This document shows positions 34,570 to 44,347 of a stretch of 64,000 nucleotides of DNA, piece after piece. The translations under genes were made by a program, and so were the position numbers. The stretch is from positions 52,396 through 116,395 of the forward strand of contig SVTC01000005.1 in NCBI GenBank assembly GCA_015063985.1, written 5' to 3'. Each line of letters opens with the position of its first letter. Within the stretch, counting starts at the first letter, position 1. The notes beneath the pieces are model-generated. The model worked only from the letters and a program-made list of their open reading frames with translations. It did no database searches and was not told where the DNA came from. The DNA is from Oscillospiraceae bacterium. GTDB lineage: Bacteria; Bacillota; Clostridia; Oscillospirales; SIG627.

Positions 34570-35334
34570 ATGGCTTCTTACGAAAAGGAATTGAAATTTG
34601 CCGTTGAAACGGTGAAAAAAGCAGGACAGAGCTTTAAGGAGGCGGGGACGGTCAGCGAAAAATCAAAGTTTGACCTCGTCACCGAAAGAGATCTTAAGAT
34701 AGAGGAATTTATAAAGGCTGCCATAAAGGAAAGCTTCCCCGAGGATTCCATCCTCGCCGAGGAGACTATGAGCCGCACCGCTCTTGCGGGGCGCACCTGG
34801 ACGGTGGATCCCATTGACGGAACGGTGAATATGGCAAAGGGCTTGCCCCTTTACGGTGTGCAGTGCGCCCTTCTCATAGACTCGGAGCCCGTGGTGGGAG
34901 TGATATATCTGCCCATTGTGGATATGCTTTTCTGTGCCTCCTGCGGCGGCGGAGCTTATCGGGACGGGGAAAGACTTTTAGTATCTGACTGCGAGCCGAG
35001 GAAGGCGTCGGTGAGCTTTGGAGATTTTTCCCACGCAAGACCCGACGATTTTACCGATCAGCACAGAATGGTGTACCTTCTTTCCACTCAGGTGGCAAAG
35101 CTGAGGATGCTGGGTACCGCCGCCTGGGATTTTGCCGCTCTGGCATCGGGCTGGATAGACGCAACGGTGCTCTTTACGAGGAATCAGTGGGATCTTGCCC
35201 CCGGCAGGCTTATTGCAAGTGAGGCGGGAGCGGTAGTATGCGATCTTGACGGCGGAGAATACTCTCCCTCCTCCAGAGGAATAATAGCCGCCTGCGACAA
35301 GGATATGGCAAAGCTTATTTCGGAGTGCTTCTGA
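34570..35334 (+). CDS. Inositol monophosphatase family protein
   Basis: Motifs LAEE, WTVDPIDGTVNM and GTAAWDFA. Confidence 0.85.
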   Translation: MASYEKELKFAVETVKKAGQSFKEAGTVSEKSKFDLVTERDLKIEEFIKAAIKESFPEDSILAEETMSRTALAGRTWTVDPIDGTVNMAKGLPLYGVQCALLIDSEPVVGVIYLPIVDMLFCASCGGGAYRDGERLLVSDCEPRKASVSFGDFSHARPDDFTDQHRMVYLLSTQVAKLRMLGTAAWDFAALASGWIDATVLFTRNQWDLAPGRLIASEAGAVVCDLDGGEYSPSSRGIIAACDKDMAKLISECF

Positions 35335-35342
35335 GGTGAAAA

Positions 35343-36005
35343 ATGAAGATAAAGGGCGCGATCTTCGATATGGACGGCACGGTCATAGATTCCCTTTGGG
35401 TATGGGACTATCTGTGGGAGGAGCTGGGAAAGAAATATCTGGGAAAAGAGGGCTTCAGGCCGAGCGTTGAGGATGACAGAGCAGTAAGGACCATGATCCT
35501 CAAGGACGTGGCGGCCTTCATTGCCGAAAGGTACTCTATGGGAGATGCCGAAGAGGTATTTAAGACCACGGAGCAGGTGATCGAGGAGTTTTATCGGGAA
35601 AGGGTAGAGCCCAAAAAGGACGTGATCGGGCTTCTTGACCGTATGAAGTCCGAGGGTGTGAGGATGTGCGTTGCCAGCGCCACCGCAAGGGAGCTTCTGT
35701 CGATAGCCATCCGCCGCTGTGATCTGGGAAAGTATTTTGTGGCTGTGGTAAGCTGTGCCGACGTGGGCAAGGGAAAGGACTGCCCCGACGTGTTTATGGA
35801 GGCGCTGAGGGTCTTGGGGACTCCTCTTGACGAGACTGCGGTCTTTGAGGACAGTGCTCTTGCCGCCGAGACCTCCAAGAGGGCGGGCTTTTTCGTTGTG
35901 GGAGTGTACGATCCCGATAATTACGGTCAGGAAAGGCTTATGAAAAACAGTGACCGCTATATAGATCGGGACGGACTTTTCTCTCAGGTATACGATATTA
36001 TATGA
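35343..36005 (+). CDS. HAD-superfamily hydrolase (beta-phosphoglucomutase-like subfamily IA)
   Basis: Motif I AIFDMDGTVIDS, later CVASAT and FEDSALAAET. Confidence 0.8.
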   Translation: MKIKGAIFDMDGTVIDSLWVWDYLWEELGKKYLGKEGFRPSVEDDRAVRTMILKDVAAFIAERYSMGDAEEVFKTTEQVIEEFYRERVEPKKDVIGLLDRMKSEGVRMCVASATARELLSIAIRRCDLGKYFVAVVSCADVGKGKDCPDVFMEALRVLGTPLDETAVFEDSALAAETSKRAGFFVVGVYDPDNYGQERLMKNSDRYIDRDGLFSQVYDII

Positions 36006-36082
36006 TAAGGCTTTGGCGCCTCGCCGTTTTTGGCGGGCGTCTTTTTTTGTGAGAAAAAGTGAAAAAATAATGGTGCTTCGTA

Positions 36083-36111
36083 TTGCTAAAAATAAGCTTT
36101 TATGTTATAAT
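36083..36111 (+). promoter_or_regulatory. Candidate recA promoter with an extended -10
   Basis: TTGCTA (36083-36088), 17 nt, tgtTATAAT (36103-36111). I saw no GAAC-N4-GTTC LexA box nearby. Confidence 0.5.
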
Positions 36112-36203
36112 ATAAAAGGATATGTGTTTTAATGGGGAGAATATGTGAAAACCCCGTGATCCTTACATAAAAATGACAAAACAAATAAGCGATGGAGGCA
36201 ATA

Positions 36204-37310
36204 ATGGCGACAAAAAAGGAAAAGACCGTTGTTGAAGACGGCGCACAAGGCAAAAAGAAAGCGATATCCACCGCAATGAGCCAGATCGAGAAAAAATACG
36301 GAAAAGGCTCGATAATGAAGCTCGGTGAAAACAGGACCATGAACGTTTCCGCGGTATCCACCGGATCTCTGAGCCTTGATATGGCTTTGGGAATAGGCGG
36401 ACTGCCCAGAGGAAGGATAGTGGAGATCTACGGCCCCGAATCCTCGGGTAAGACCACTCTTGCTCTTCACTGTGTTGCCGAGATGCAAAAGATCGGCGGA
36501 GAGGCGGCGTTTATCGATGCGGAGCACGCGCTGGATCCCGTATATGCATCCAACATCGGTGTCAGGATAGACGATCTTCTGGTATCTCAGCCCGACAACG
36601 GCGAGCAGGCTCTGGAGATAGCTGAGGAGCTTATCCGCTCCGATGCCATTGATATAGTGGTAATCGACTCCGTGGCGGCTCTGGTTCCCAGAAGCGAGAT
36701 AGAGGGCGAGATGGGTGCCTCCATGGTAGGTGCTCAGGCAAGGCTTATGAGCCAGGCGCTGAGAAAGCTCAGCGGTGCCATTGCAAAGAGCAACTGTATT
36801 CTTATTTTCATAAACCAGCTCCGTGAAAAGGTTGGCGTTATCTACGGCAATCCCGAGGTCACCACCGGAGGAAGAGCGCTGAGATTCTACGCCTCCGTCA
36901 GAATAGACGTAAGGCGCGGCGAGCAGATAAAGAACAAGACCGACATAGTGGGAAATCACACCAAGTGCAAGGTTGCAAAGAACAAGGTCGCCCCTCCCTT
37001 CAAGGTTGCGGAGTTTGATATTCTCTACGGCAAGGGAATAAGCTATGCGGGCGAGCTTCTGGATATGGCGGCGCTTTTGGGTATCATCGAAAAGAGCGGC
37101 TCCTGGTTCAGCTACAACGGCGAAAAGATCGCTCAGGGCAGAGACAATGCCAGGGCATATCTTGAGGAAAACAAGGACGTTGCCGACGAGATCGACGCAA
37201 AGGTGCGCGCAAGCTACGGTAAGCTTGACGATGCCGCGATGATGGAGGACGGTATGGCTTTTGACGACGATGAAGACGACGATGAGCTCGGACTTGACGG
37301 GCTTGAATAA
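36204..37310 (+). CDS. recA: Recombinase A
   Basis: ATG 36204 follows GGAGG. The sequence [17 protein letters not shown]...[13 protein letters not shown] (Walker A) is RecA across its full length, with an acidic C-terminal tail. Confidence 0.97.
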   Translation: MATKKEKTVVEDGAQGKKKAISTAMSQIEKKYGKGSIMKLGENRTMNVSAVSTGSLSLDMALGIGGLPRGRIVEIYGPESSGKTTLALHCVAEMQKIGGEAAFIDAEHALDPVYASNIGVRIDDLLVSQPDNGEQALEIAEELIRSDAIDIVVIDSVAALVPRSEIEGEMGASMVGAQARLMSQALRKLSGAIAKSNCILIFINQLREKVGVIYGNPEVTTGGRALRFYASVRIDVRRGEQIKNKTDIVGNHTKCKVAKNKVAPPFKVAEFDILYGKGISYAGELLDMAALLGIIEKSGSWFSYNGEKIAQGRDNARAYLEENKDVADEIDAKVRASYGKLDDAAMMEDGMAFDDDEDDDELGLDGLE

Positions 37311-37330
37311 ATTTTGAGAGGTACGAAATA

Positions 37331-38482
37331 ATGGAACATATCACAAGTGATAACATCTTTGCACAGCCCGAACGTTTTGCGCCCCTGAAGCTTATAGCTC
37401 TTAAAAGCGCCACAAAATTAGGCGACGAGATCAACGGCCATCTTATGGATATGGCGGACAAGGCCAATTTCGAAACGGACGGCTTTCTTATCGAGAGCGA
37501 GTGTCCCAGATTTGCCTCCGGTGATGCCAAGGGTGTTATAAAGGAATCCATCCGCGGAGACGACCTTTACATTCTCGTTGACGTGGGAAACTACAGCTGT
37601 AAATATAAGTCCTTTGGTATGGAGCACCATATGAGTGCCGACGATCACTACCAGGATCTTAAGAGAATAATCTCCGCAGCAGGCGGTAAGGCTTGCCGTG
37701 TAAACGTTATTATGCCTATGCTCTACGGCGGCAGACAGCACAGAAGGACCTTCAGAGAGAGTCTTGACTGCGCGCTTGCTCTCCAGGAGCTCCAGAATAT
37801 GGGTGTCAGCAACATCATCACCTTTGACGCTCACGACCCCAGAGTCGTAAACGCAGTACCTCTTATGGGCTTTGACAACGTTATGCCCTATTATCAGGTC
37901 CTCAAGTGCCTCTTCAAGAAGGTGGAGGGCTTTACTCCCAAAAAGGATAAGCTGATGGTAGTCAGCCCCGATGAGGGAGCCATGAACAGAAACATATTCT
38001 ACGCATCCATGCTGGGAACCAAGCTGGGTGTGTTCTACAAGCGCAGAGACTTCTCCAAGGTAGTGGGCGGAAGAAATCCCATAGTTGCTCACGAGTATCT
38101 GGGCGAGGACGTTGAAGGAATGGATATCTTCATTTCGGACGATATGATCTCCTCCGGTGAGAGCCTCTTTGACGTTGCCACCGAGCTGAAGAAGAGAAAG
38201 GCGAACAGGATATTCTCCTTTGTTACATACGGAATCTTCACCAACGGTCTTGAAAAGTTCGACAAGGCTTACGAGGAGGGGCTTTTGGACGGCGTTCTCT
38301 GCACCAACCTTACCTACGCCTCCGAGGAGCTGAAGTCGAAAAAGTGGTATCACGAGGTAAACTGCAGCAAGTATATTGCATATATTATTGCAGCGATCAA
38401 TCACAACACCTCCGTGGGCGATCTGCTTGATCCTCACGATAAGATAGTACAGCTTCTCGACGAGTGCGGCTGGAACAAATGA
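37331..38482 (+). CDS. Ribose-phosphate pyrophosphokinase family protein (long, ~380-aa form)
   Basis: ITFDAHDPRV, VVSPDEGAMNR and the PRPP-binding loop ISDDMISSGESL. Confidence 0.7.
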   Translation: MEHITSDNIFAQPERFAPLKLIALKSATKLGDEINGHLMDMADKANFETDGFLIESECPRFASGDAKGVIKESIRGDDLYILVDVGNYSCKYKSFGMEHHMSADDHYQDLKRIISAAGGKACRVNVIMPMLYGGRQHRRTFRESLDCALALQELQNMGVSNIITFDAHDPRVVNAVPLMGFDNVMPYYQVLKCLFKKVEGFTPKKDKLMVVSPDEGAMNRNIFYASMLGTKLGVFYKRRDFSKVVGGRNPIVAHEYLGEDVEGMDIFISDDMISSGESLFDVATELKKRKANRIFSFVTYGIFTNGLEKFDKAYEEGLLDGVLCTNLTYASEELKSKKWYHEVNCSKYIAYIIAAINHNTSVGDLLDPHDKIVQLLDECGWNK

Positions 38483-38907
38483 TATCAAGGGAGCTCTTAT
38501 ATAAAAGAGCTCTCAGAAGCTTATCCTGCAGCGATCAGACCCCTCAGGGCTTGTACTGTAAGCTGATCTCTGACAAAAGCGTGGATCACCAATTGGCAAA
38601 AGAGGTGATAAAGCAGCTTCACAGAGAGGGCTTTATAGACGAGAGAAGGTATTACCTTAACCTTATCGAGGAGGGCAAAAGAAAGCTTTGGGGAAAGAGA
38701 AGATTTGAGAGCGAGCTGAAAAAGCGCCGCTTCAACGAAAAATATCTTGCCGCCTTTAAGGCGGAGGAGATAGATTGGGCAGAGATGGCAGCGGAGCTTA
38801 TCCGCGGCGAGGAGGACGGTGCCAAGGCGTACAGAAGGCTTATTTCCAAGGGCTACGATACGGCGACGGCTGCCCAAGCGGTCTCAAGCTGCTTTAGCGA
38901 GGGCTAA
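38479..38907 (+). CDS. recX: RecX-like regulatory protein
   Basis: Three-helix-repeat pattern (..QLHREGFIDERRYY.., ..ELKKRRFNEKYL.., ..LISKGYDTATAAQAV). ATG 38479 overlaps the prs stop (ATGA). It lies in the recA neighbourhood. Confidence 0.55.
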   Translation: MISRELLYKRALRSLSCSDQTPQGLYCKLISDKSVDHQLAKEVIKQLHREGFIDERRYYLNLIEEGKRKLWGKRRFESELKKRRFNEKYLAAFKAEEIDWAEMAAELIRGEEDGAKAYRRLISKGYDTATAAQAVSSCFSEG

Positions 38908-38958
38908 GGGGCTTAATACGGTAAATTTTACTTGTTTTGGGAAAACAAGGGGGAGAAA

Positions 38959-40299
38959 ATGAGTATAAAAGTCGGATTTATATCTTTAGGATGTCCAAAA
39001 AACCAAATGGATCTTGAGCTGATGCTTGCCAAGGTGGCGGAGGAGGGCTTTGAGATAGTGGAGGAGGACATCCACGCAGACGTGATGATCGTCAACACCT
39101 GTGCATTCATAAAAAGCGCCAAGGAGGAGTCTATAGAGGCTATCCTGGACTTGGGCTGGCTGAAGGAAAACAGAGATCTGAAGGGCATAGTGGTGACGGG
39201 CTGTCTTGCGCAAAGATATTTTGACGACATTCAAAAAAGCATTCCCGAGGTGGATGCGGTGCTGGGTCTGGGCGACGAGAAGGATATTTGTCTTGCCATA
39301 AAAAAGGTATACGGCGGAGAGAAGTATTTTGCACACAGTGAGCCCGAGAGCCTTTGTATGGAGGGTGACAGAGTGGTCACCACCCCCGAATACACCGCAT
39401 ATTTAAGGATCGCCGAGGGCTGTAACAACCGTTGCAGCTACTGCGCCATCCCCGGAATAAGAGGGCGCTTGCGCTCGAGAAGGATAGAGGATATAGTTGC
39501 GGAGGCAAAAACCCTGAGGCAGATGGGCGTCAAGGAGCTTTGCCTTGTGGCTCAGGATACCACCGGCTACGGAAAGGATCTGTACGGCGAGTACTGTCTG
39601 GACAAGCTTCTGGAGAGCATCTGCTCCGATCCGGAGCTGGACTTTAAGTGGATAAGGCTCTTTTACTGCTACCCCGACAAGATAACCGACGGGCTTTTGC
39701 AGGTGATGAAAAAATATCCCAACCTTCTTCACTACATAGATATGCCCATCCAGCACATATCCGACAAGGTGCTGGAGAGAATGAACCGTCACGGCAAGAG
39801 TGACGTGATCAAGGACAGTGTCAGAAGGCTCAGAGAGGCAATGCCCGATATGGTGATAAGGACCACCGTTATGGTAGGCTTTCCCGGAGAAAACGGTGCT
39901 GATTTCGAGGAGCTTTTGAGCTACGTCAAGGAAGCGAAATTTGAAAGACTGGGCTGCTTTTGCTACTCCAGGGAGGAGGACACTCCCGCATACGGCTTCG
40001 ACGGAAGAGTTCCTCAGAAGACCCGTGAGCGCAGAATGGAAAGAGTTATGGAGGCTCAGTTTGAGATAAACCGCCTCAACAGTGAAAAACAGATAGGTCA
40101 GATCAAGGAGGTCCTCTGCGAGGGCTACGATCCCGTGGGTGAGTGTTGGTTCGGAAGGAGCTGGGAATACGCTCCCGAGATAGACGGCAGAGTCTATTTC
40201 AAGACCCGCAAAAAGCCCGAGGCTGGAAGCTTTGTAAGGGTGAAGATCACCGATATTCTTGACTACGATCTGCTTGGAGAGGCTGTCAGGGAGGACTGA
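38959..40299 (+). CDS. rimO: Ribosomal protein S12 methylthiotransferase
   Basis: MSIKVGFISLGCPKNQMDLE N-terminus, radical-SAM CNNRCSYCAIP, and a C-terminal TRAM-like segment. Confidence 0.85.
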   Translation: MSIKVGFISLGCPKNQMDLELMLAKVAEEGFEIVEEDIHADVMIVNTCAFIKSAKEESIEAILDLGWLKENRDLKGIVVTGCLAQRYFDDIQKSIPEVDAVLGLGDEKDICLAIKKVYGGEKYFAHSEPESLCMEGDRVVTTPEYTAYLRIAEGCNNRCSYCAIPGIRGRLRSRRIEDIVAEAKTLRQMGVKELCLVAQDTTGYGKDLYGEYCLDKLLESICSDPELDFKWIRLFYCYPDKITDGLLQVMKKYPNLLHYIDMPIQHISDKVLERMNRHGKSDVIKDSVRRLREAMPDMVIRTTVMVGFPGENGADFEELLSYVKEAKFERLGCFCYSREEDTPAYGFDGRVPQKTRERRMERVMEAQFEINRLNSEKQIGQIKEVLCEGYDPVGECWFGRSWEYAPEIDGRVYFKTRKKPEAGSFVRVKITDILDYDLLGEAVRED

Positions 40300-40881
40300 A
40301 TGAAGAAACTTAATCTTCCGAACAAGCTGACCCTTCTGAGAGTGGCGCTGGTGCCTTGCTTTGTGGTTTTTATGATGATAGAATCCATATTTTCCAGCAC
40401 TGCCCTTCCCAGGGTGATATCTGCAATACTGTTTATCGCCTGCGCTCTGACCGACGCCCTTGACGGAATGATAGCCAGAAAAAACGGCCAGATAACGGAT
40501 CTTGGCAAATTCCTTGATCCCATTGCGGACAAATTTATGATAATTTCGGCTATGATGGCCTTTTGCGCTTCCTCGGTCTATGCAAATATCCGTGTGTGGG
40601 TATTTATCGCAGGGCTGGTGGTAGTGCTCAGAGAGCTGGCGGTCACCTCACTGAGGCTTCTTATGGCAGGCAGGCAGACTGTGGTCGCCGCCGCCTTGCC
40701 CGGAAAGCTCAAGACCGTGACCCAGACCGTTTTTGTGGCGGTTGCCATGCTGGAGCCCGTGGTTTTGCCTCAAAGCCTTGCGGCTACCTATATCACCCTT
40801 GCACTGATGGTGTTTATGACCCTTTATTCGGGCTTTTGCTACGTCAAGCATTATTGGCCCGTGTTGACCCAAGAAATTTGA
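40300..40881 (+). CDS. pgsA: CDP-diacylglycerol--glycerol-3-phosphate 3-phosphatidyltransferase
   Basis: CDP-alcohol phosphatidyltransferase motif DALDGMIARKNGQITDLGKFLDPIADK. Confidence 0.9.
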   Translation: MKKLNLPNKLTLLRVALVPCFVVFMMIESIFSSTALPRVISAILFIACALTDALDGMIARKNGQITDLGKFLDPIADKFMIISAMMAFCASSVYANIRVWVFIAGLVVVLRELAVTSLRLLMAGRQTVVAAALPGKLKTVTQTVFVAVAMLEPVVLPQSLAATYITLALMVFMTLYSGFCYVKHYWPVLTQEI

Positions 40882-40897
40882 GAATCGAGGAGACGAA

Positions 40898-42343
40898 ATG
40901 TATTTATACAATACACTTACACATAAAAGGGAAGAATTTGTTCCCGTAGAGCCCGGCAAGGTCAAGATGTATACCTGCGGCCCTACCGTTTACCACTACG
41001 CCCACATTGGAAATCTGCGTACCTATATGATGGAGGATATTCTTGACAGATATCTGAGATATTCCGGATACGAGGTCAAGCGTGTTATGAACATCACCGA
41101 CGTGGGACATCTTACCAGCGACGGTGACACCGGCGACGACAAAATGCTCAAGGGTGCAAAGAGAGAGAAGAAGACGGTAATGGAGATAGCCAAATTCTAT
41201 ACCGACGCCTTCTTTCTGGATTGCGACAAGCTTCACATAAGAAGACCCGATGTGGTGGAGCCCGCCACCGGCTGCATTGAGGATTTTATCAAGGTCATCA
41301 GCGCTCTTATAGAAAAGGATTTTGCTTACGAGGCGGGCGGCAACATTTACTTTGATACCGCAAAGCTCAAGGAGTACTACGCCTTCCACAACTTCAGCGA
41401 GGAGGATCTGGAGGTAGGCGTGCGCGACGGCGTTGAGGCAGACTCCAACAAGAGAAACAAGGCCGACTTTGTGCTTTGGTTTACAAAGAGCAAGTTTGAC
41501 GATCAGGAGCTGAAGTGGGAGAGTCCCTGGGGTATCGGCTACCCCGGCTGGCACATTGAGTGCAGCTGTATCGCCATGAAGCATCTGGGCGAGAGGTTGG
41601 ACATCCACTGCGGCGGCATAGACAACGCATTCCCTCACCACACCAACGAGATCGCACAGAGCGAGGCTTATCTGGGTCACAAGTGGTGCAACTATTGGAT
41701 GCACGTTTTGCATTTGAACACCAATTCGGGAAAGATGAGTAAATCCAGCGGCGAGTTTCTCACCGTCAGCCTTTTGGAATCCAAGGGCTACGATCCGTTG
41801 GTGTACCGCTTCTTCTGTCTGCAGAGCCACTACCGCAAATCCCTTGTGTTCAGCTATGAAAATCTTGACAATGCCAAGACCTCCTACAAAAAGCTGGTCA
41901 ACAGAATAGTGCCTCTTATAAAGGCTGAGGCGGGAGAGATAGATCCCGATGCCTTCGAGGCTATGAAAAAGCGCTTTACCGATGCGCTGGATAACGACCT
42001 TAACACCTCTCTTGCCATCACCGCTCTTTACGACGTGTTTAAGTCCGATGCCTCTGCGGCGACAAAGCTCAAGGCTATCGAGGATATGGACACCGTGCTT
42101 CAGATCGGAGTGATCGACAGTGCCAAGGCGCTTATCGAGGAGGAGAAGAGGGCGGCAGAGGAGAAGGCAGCAAGGCTTGCCGCAGATCCCGAGAGTGCCG
42201 CGATCGAGGAGAAGATCGCCATGCGTGCCGCCGCCAAGAAGGCAAAGAACTTTGCCGAGGCTGACAGGATCCGCGATGAATTGGCGGCTCAGGGAATAAT
42301 CCTTGAGGACCGTCCCGGCGAGACCCTTTGGAAGAGAGCATAA
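40898..42343 (+). CDS. cysS: Cysteine--tRNA ligase
   Basis: HIGN ([10 protein letters not shown]) and KMSKS motifs, 481 aa. Confidence 0.95.
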   Translation: MYLYNTLTHKREEFVPVEPGKVKMYTCGPTVYHYAHIGNLRTYMMEDILDRYLRYSGYEVKRVMNITDVGHLTSDGDTGDDKMLKGAKREKKTVMEIAKFYTDAFFLDCDKLHIRRPDVVEPATGCIEDFIKVISALIEKDFAYEAGGNIYFDTAKLKEYYAFHNFSEEDLEVGVRDGVEADSNKRNKADFVLWFTKSKFDDQELKWESPWGIGYPGWHIECSCIAMKHLGERLDIHCGGIDNAFPHHTNEIAQSEAYLGHKWCNYWMHVLHLNTNSGKMSKSSGEFLTVSLLESKGYDPLVYRFFCLQSHYRKSLVFSYENLDNAKTSYKKLVNRIVPLIKAEAGEIDPDAFEAMKKRFTDALDNDLNTSLAITALYDVFKSDASAATKLKAIEDMDTVLQIGVIDSAKALIEEEKRAAEEKAARLAADPESAAIEEKIAMRAAAKKAKNFAEADRIRDELAAQGIILEDRPGETLWKRA

Positions 42344-42374
42344 CGAAAAAAGAATTTTGGAAAGGAGAAGCGGG

Positions 42375-43646
42375 ATGAAGAACAAAAGATATTTTCTCAT
42401 AGGTTTTTATGCCTTTTTGACCTTTGTTGCCTGCCTTATGTTTTACACTCTTTGGGAAAACAGTGAAAAGCTGGGTGCGACTCTGGGCTTTTGGATGTCC
42501 ATCCTGACTCCTTTTGCGTGGGGCTTTGTGCTTGCCTACGTTATAAACTTCCTTTTGAAGTTTTTTGAAAAGTATATTTCAAGGTGGAGATTCATAAAAA
42601 AACCGGGGCACGTCAGGGCGCTGAGTCTTGTCGTTGCGTATCTTGGATTTTTTATACTCATCGCATTGGTATTGCTTCTGATCGTTCCTCAGCTGGTCAC
42701 CAGCATTTCGGGGGTGGTCTCCCAATACGATGCGGCTTCCATTAACAGATGGGTAAAGGGACTTTCCGACGGACTTCACGCTCTTGCCGGATCAAACACC
42801 TTCCTTCTTGAGCAGATAGATCGATTCATTCCCGCTTTGGACGGACTTGTGGATGAGGTATTGGCATTTCTTCCCAAGCTCGTACCCGAGGTATTTAATT
42901 TTGTATCCGGCGTCACCTCGGGACTTAGCAACTTTATGGTGGGAATGGTCGTAAGCGTATATTTGCTGTTCGACAAGGAAAAGCTTTGCGCCAGAGTTAA
43001 AAAGCTTGCAATAGTGCTTTTCGGCAAGAAAAGGGGCGATTACGCCATAGGCCTTGCGGGAGAGATAAACGAGACCGTGGGCGATTTTCTTTCGGGCAAG
43101 CTTACGGAATGTCTCATTATGGGGCTTTTCAGCTTCGTTGCAATGCTTATAACGGGAATAAAGCTTCCGGTGCTTTTGGCGGTGATATTGGGGCTTTCCA
43201 ATATCGTGCCCTTCTTCGGACCTATAATCGGTGCGATAATAGGAGGAGTCATACTTGTTCTGGTTGATCCTTCCCAGCTTTTGTTATATATAATAGTAGA
43301 TATAATAATCCAGAACGTGGACGGAAACATAGTCGGTCCCAGGATATTGGGAAAGAGCACGGGTCTGAGCGGTCTTTGGATAATAGTTGCCATTTTATTG
43401 GGCGGAGGCTTGTTCGGCTTTTGGGGAATGCTTCTGGGGGTACCCGTTTTTGCCATCCTCTATGCCTTTATCAGAGAATTCGTTGCCAAAAGGCTTAAGG
43501 AGATGGAGCTTTCTCCCGCCACCTCGGAGTACGTGGATTACAAGGGTGCTCACGTGGATCTTGTGGAGAATAACAGCCAGCGCCCGAAGAAGCCATCCAA
43601 GCTTTTGGAGAGGATCAAGAAGTGGAAAAACAAAAAGCAGAGCTGA
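42375..43646 (+). CDS. AI-2E family transporter (PerM-like)
   Basis: ATG 42375 (MKNKRYFLIGFY). Multi-TM protein with the NIVPFFGPIIGAIIGG block typical of the family. Confidence 0.75.
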   Translation: MKNKRYFLIGFYAFLTFVACLMFYTLWENSEKLGATLGFWMSILTPFAWGFVLAYVINFLLKFFEKYISRWRFIKKPGHVRALSLVVAYLGFFILIALVLLLIVPQLVTSISGVVSQYDAASINRWVKGLSDGLHALAGSNTFLLEQIDRFIPALDGLVDEVLAFLPKLVPEVFNFVSGVTSGLSNFMVGMVVSVYLLFDKEKLCARVKKLAIVLFGKKRGDYAIGLAGEINETVGDFLSGKLTECLIMGLFSFVAMLITGIKLPVLLAVILGLSNIVPFFGPIIGAIIGGVILVLVDPSQLLLYIIVDIIIQNVDGNIVGPRILGKSTGLSGLWIIVAILLGGGLFGFWGMLLGVPVFAILYAFIREFVAKRLKEMELSPATSEYVDYKGAHVDLVENNSQRPKKPSKLLERIKKWKNKKQS

Positions 43647-43659
43647 GCTCTGCTTTTTT
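43637..43659 (+). terminator. Rho-independent terminator whose loop contains the AI-2E stop codon
   Basis: gcagagc-tga-gctctgc followed by TTTTTT. Confidence 0.75.
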
Positions 43660-43678
43660 CGGAATACCGAGGTATGAA

Positions 43679-44347
43679 ATGTTTGTAATATCCGACGTAA
43701 AGAAAAATTACGGAAAAAAGCAAGTCCTCAAGGGCGTGGAGCTCAGCATTGCTCCGGGGGAGTGTATAGGACTATTGGGGGTCAACGGAAGCGGTAAATC
43801 CACCCTTTTAAACATACTTGCGGGCGTTATACCCGCAAAGAGCGGAAGCTTTTCCTTTGAGGGAAGGGATCTTATGAAGGACAGAAGGCTCAGGGAGAGT
43901 CTTGTGGGCTTTGTCCCCCAGAATCCGCCGCTGATAGAGGAGCTTAACGCAAGGGACAATCTTCTTTTGTGGTACGAGCCTGAGGTGATGAAAAAGAGTC
44001 TCGAGGTCGGTCTGCTGAAGGCTCTTGGTATAGACGGATTTCTGAAGACCGCAGTGGGAAAAATGAGCGGGGGAATGAAAAAGAGGCTCAGTATAGCCTG
44101 CGCTATGAGCCGCAACGTGAATCTTATGCTTATGGACGAGCCCTCCGCGGCACTGGATCCCGTTTGCAAGGAGCAGATAAAGGCATACGTCAGGGATTTT
44201 TGCGCGGCGGGTAACAGTGTTATCATATCCACCCACGATATTACCGAGCTGGAGATCTGCCACCGACTTTACGTATTAAAGGATGGAAGGCTTTGCCCCT
44301 ATTCCTTCAACGGTGATGCCGACTCCCTGGCGAGGGCGCTTTTATGA
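43679..44347 (+). CDS. ABC transporter ATP-binding protein
   Basis: Walker A GVNGSGKST, signature MSGGMKKR, Walker B LMLMDEPSA. The start is ATG 43679. Confidence 0.9.
   Translation: MFVISDVKKNYGKKQVLKGVELSIAPGECIGLLGVNGSGKSTLLNILAGVIPAKSGSFSFEGRDLMKDRRLRESLVGFVPQNPPLIEELNARDNLLLWYEPEVMKKSLEVGLLKALGIDGFLKTAVGKMSGGMKKRLSIACAMSRNVNLMLMDEPSAALDPVCKEQIKAYVRDFCAAGNSVIISTHDITELEICHRLYVLKDGRLCPYSFNGDADSLARALL

Noticed and set aside
36006-36203. A LexA (Cheo) box in the recA upstream region
   Set aside because: I found no GAAC-N4-GTTC-type palindrome by eye. Only a promoter-like TTGCTA-17-TATAAT and a terminator-like hairpin of the upstream gene are visible.
40882-40897. An expected T-box leader upstream of cysS
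   Set aside because: Only 16 nt separate pgsA and cysS, so there is no room for a T-box. cysS appears to be co-transcribed with rimO-pgsA.
40904-42400. A 498-aa ORF antisense to cysS
   Set aside because: The + strand product has unmistakable HIGN/KMSKS class I synthetase motifs. The antisense frame is low-complexity, with no motif and no ribosome-binding site. The same reasoning rejects antisense ORFs 51755-53020 (opposite ychF), 37418-38488 (opposite prs), 36129-36959 (opposite recA), 22271-23110 and 23504-24064 (opposite the SGNH genes), 59391-60026 and 17220-17822.
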